From an uncultured Eubacteriales bacterium (GTDB lineage: Bacteria; Bacillota; Clostridia; Christensenellales; CAG-138): 63,307 bases of DNA. Both the position numbers and the translations under genes were made by a program. Shown in pieces: positions 61,386 through 63,307 of this stretch. The stretch lies in the NCBI GenBank assembly GCA_900318765.1, contig ONLX01000122.1, positions 1-63,307 on the forward strand, given 5' to 3'. Under the pieces are notes generated by a model. It saw only the letters and a list, made by a program, of their open reading frames with translations. It was not told the origin of the DNA and searched no databases. How positions within the stretch are numbered: the stretch's first letter is position 1; the number at the start of each line of letters is the position of its first letter.

Positions 61386-62891
61386 ATGAATTCACTTGAG
61401 TACTATCTGCGTCTGCTTCCCCCAGAGGAACGGGATTTCTTCCATTATATGCCGACAATCAACGATCTTGTCGCATTTGCCGAACAAAATTTTGCCGACG
61501 ATCTCGCGCTTGACGGCATCGCCGGACCGATGACCTACCGGGATATGATCGCTGCCGTTGCAGGGCTTCGCGGCTATCTCAAAGATGCCGGCATCCAGCC
61601 CGGAGATCACGTCGGAATTCAACTCCCGAATTCTGCGCTTGCCGCCGAGCTGATCCTGGCGGTCATGACGTACGGCGCCGTGATCGTCCCGATCCCGATG
61701 ACGATGGCCGGCGAAGAGCTGACTGCAAACCTCAAGAAGCAGGACATCAAACTGTATCTGTATGCCGATGTGTTGGAAGCGCGCGTTCACGCAATGCCGC
61801 TTCCCGAAGGCGTATGTGCCGTCAAAGCATCACTCGTAAAGCCGGGTGAAGCCGTCCCCGACGCGAAGAATGAGAAGGATACGCCTGCCGCCATTTTCTT
61901 CACCGGCGGTACCACCGGCAAATCCAAGGGCGCTCTGCTTTCCCACGGCGCATTGATGCGCGGCGCGCTGAATGGCGTTTATGCGCCGGGCGAAGCGCTG
62001 CGGCAGCGGTACCTTGCGCTGATTCCGTTCAGCCACGTCTTCGGCGTCGTCCGGAACCTGCTTTCCTGCTTCTATACCGGCTCGCTGCTCTATACGCTCG
62101 AGGATATGCGGACGGTCGTTGCCGTGCTGCCGAAAGCACAGCCGACGCTGTTGGTGCTCGTACCTGCGCTTGCAGATATGCTCGCCGGGCTTGCCAAGAT
62201 GCGCGGTCTTGATGCGCTCGGCGGAAAGCTTCGCATCGTGATTGCGGGCGGCGCGCACGTGCCGGAAGGCATCATTCGCCGTTATCAGGAGCTTGGCATC
62301 ATCTGCTGCCCCGGCTACGGAATGACCGAAACCGCGAATCTCGTTTCCGGCAACGGCGATCCGTTTGACAATCCGACTTCCGTCGGAATGCCGTATCCTG
62401 AGCAGCAGGTCAAGATCGTTGACGATGAAATCTGGGTCAAGGGTGATCATTTGATGCTCGGGTATTACAACGATCCCGAAGAAACCGCGAACATCTTCAC
62501 CGAGGACGGTTGGCTCAAGACCGGAGACCTCGGCCGTATCGATGAAAACGGTCTGCTCTACATCACCGGACGCCGCAAGAACATCATCGTTCTGCCGAAC
62601 GGTGAAAACGTCTCCCCCGAGGAGCTGGAGCTTGCACTCGTGAAGATTCCGCTGATCAAGGATGCGCTTGTGCGCGAAGCCGTGATCGAAGGCCGCACCG
62701 TGCTGGAAGCCGAGGTGTTCCCGAACGGGCCGGTCCTCGCAGCGATGCAGATTGCCGAGCCCGAGCCTGCGATCCGCGCAGCGGTCGAAAAGCTCAACGC
62801 TTCGCTCCCGCCCTATATGACCATTCAGAACCTGATCATCCGAAAAGAGGACTTCCAAAGAAGCCCGAGCATGAAGATTATTCGCAATTGA
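61386..62891 (+). CDS. AMP-dependent synthetase/ligase (long-chain fatty acid--CoA ligase-like)
   Basis: Start moved to ATG 61386 (MNSLEYYLRLL). AMP-binding motif FFTGGTTGKSKGALLSH, plus YGMTET and GDLGRIDENGLLYITGRRKNII. Confidence 0.88.
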   Translation: MNSLEYYLRLLPPEERDFFHYMPTINDLVAFAEQNFADDLALDGIAGPMTYRDMIAAVAGLRGYLKDAGIQPGDHVGIQLPNSALAAELILAVMTYGAVIVPIPMTMAGEELTANLKKQDIKLYLYADVLEARVHAMPLPEGVCAVKASLVKPGEAVPDAKNEKDTPAAIFFTGGTTGKSKGALLSHGALMRGALNGVYAPGEALRQRYLALIPFSHVFGVVRNLLSCFYTGSLLYTLEDMRTVVAVLPKAQPTLLVLVPALADMLAGLAKMRGLDALGGKLRIVIAGGAHVPEGIIRRYQELGIICCPGYGMTETANLVSGNGDPFDNPTSVGMPYPEQQVKIVDDEIWVKGDHLMLGYYNDPEETANIFTEDGWLKTGDLGRIDENGLLYITGRRKNIIVLPNGENVSPEELELALVKIPLIKDALVREAVIEGRTVLEAEVFPNGPVLAAMQIAEPEPAIRAAVEKLNASLPPYMTIQNLIIRKEDFQRSPSMKIIRN

Positions 62892-62916
62892 TTCGGCAAA
62901 CCGAAAGCAAGCAAAA

Positions 62917-62949
62917 GCAGGACGTATGCGACTCCCGTATACGTCCTGC
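62917..62949. terminator. hairpin terminator between convergent genes
   Basis: GCAGGACGUAU (62917-62927) pairs with AUACGUCCUGC (62939-62949). Followed by CUGAUAUUUU and preceded by an A-rich tract. Confidence 0.6.
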
Positions 62950-63029
62950 CTGATATTTTGGGTCAGAACTGCTCCTCATGCAGAATCAGCATTTTTCCGA
63001 CGCTCCGCATTTTCCAAGCACGCGCAGTC

Positions 63030-63266
63030 TTATCGACGCAGATAATACGCGCTGTACCGACCGCCGCAGGTGCGGCCGATCTGCATCCCGTACAGCTCAA
63101 GCTGTTTCAGATCATCATAGACGCTCTTGCGGTCCGCCGTGATGCCGAATGTTCCGAGCGCGGACAAAATCTCCGCCATCGTGATTGCATCCGCCCTGCC
63201 AATGTGCCGTTCCAAAATATCCCGTACGTACAGGATCCTCCGTTTATCGTTTGTTTTTCGTGGCAT
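63030..63266 (-). CDS. 78-aa winged-helix protein resembling only the N-terminal wHTH of WYL/BrxR-type regulators
   Basis: MPRKTNDKRRILYVRDILERHIGRADAITMAEILSALGTFGITADRKSVYDDLKQLELYGMQIGRTCGGRYSAYYLRR. SD AAGGAGA. The pattern ...GIxxxRKSxYDDxxxLxxxG...Y.. matches the wHTH of WYL regulators of about 300 aa, but the ORF stops right after it. Confidence 0.55.
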   Translation of the reverse strand: MPRKTNDKRRILYVRDILERHIGRADAITMAEILSALGTFGITADRKSVYDDLKQLELYGMQIGRTCGGRYSAYYLRR

Positions 63267-63307
63267 ACTTTGTCTCCTTGCCGGAATGAATTCCCTTCCT
63301 TCCGGAA

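Noticed and set aside
62950-63029. Searched all three minus-strand frames downstream of the 78-aa wHTH ORF for remnants of a WYL domain, which would indicate a pseudogene.
   Set aside because: Only very short ORFs appear (for example MRSVGKMLILHEEQF), with no WYL-like motif, and the region runs straight into a terminator hairpin. I therefore cannot call a pseudogene from sequence alone.

Overview
GC-rich, tightly packed chromosomal core segment of a spore-forming Firmicute. SepF/DivIVA, CotF, DUF421/DUF4363, HemZ and TmcAL point to Clostridia. I call about 57 protein-coding genes and see no rRNA or tRNA genes, CRISPR arrays, transposases or integrases. The region 1-13.7 kb (minus strand) holds the end of the division cluster (DivIVA-domain protein, sepF, yggS) and an M16 peptidase. 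It continues with pnp-rpsO-ribF and ftsY-smc-rnc-acpP. The region 14-21.5 kb holds gltS, a DUF2156/nucleotidyltransferase pair, a COG2984-type ABC importer and a GNAT. The region 21.5-29.4 kb is a spore/cell-envelope cluster: CotF, a large secreted transglutaminase-like/Ig-repeat protein, DUF421+DUF4363, a NodB deacetylase and a YDG-repeat/SH3b protein. The region 29.5-44.4 kb holds dCMP deaminase, a GT4-GH13-GNAT operon, a double-glycine-leader peptide gene and a cytoplasmic ParB/Srx-BMP fusion with a metallophosphoesterase. It also holds an MtnA-like isomerase, a repeat surface protein, a ferredoxin, an orphan ParB paralogue and tldD/pmbA. The region 44.5-63.3 kb holds leuS-thyA-TRIC, lgt-capA, recJ-relA-dtd-MBL-hemZ, tmcAL, pta-ackA, an acyl-CoA ligase and a short wHTH gene. 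Three real-looking ORFs fall below the 60-aa ORF-track cutoff and were read by hand: an 18-codon leader peptide, a 57-aa 2x[4Fe-4S] ferredoxin and a 59-aa charged protein. There are three best leads. (1) A textbook leader-peptide attenuator, with a Tyr/Phe-rich mini-ORF, alternative helices and a terminator, lies upstream of the ABC importer. (2) A signal-less ParB/Srx-BMP fusion operon sits opposite an MtnA-like gene, and the two promoters share a perfect 13-bp inverted repeat. (3) A 101-aa protein carries a canonical double-glycine leader on an SH3b-like core, with no exporter nearby. I did not find a convincing multi-gene defence, mobile or biosynthetic system. All functional calls are motif recognition by eye, not database searches.
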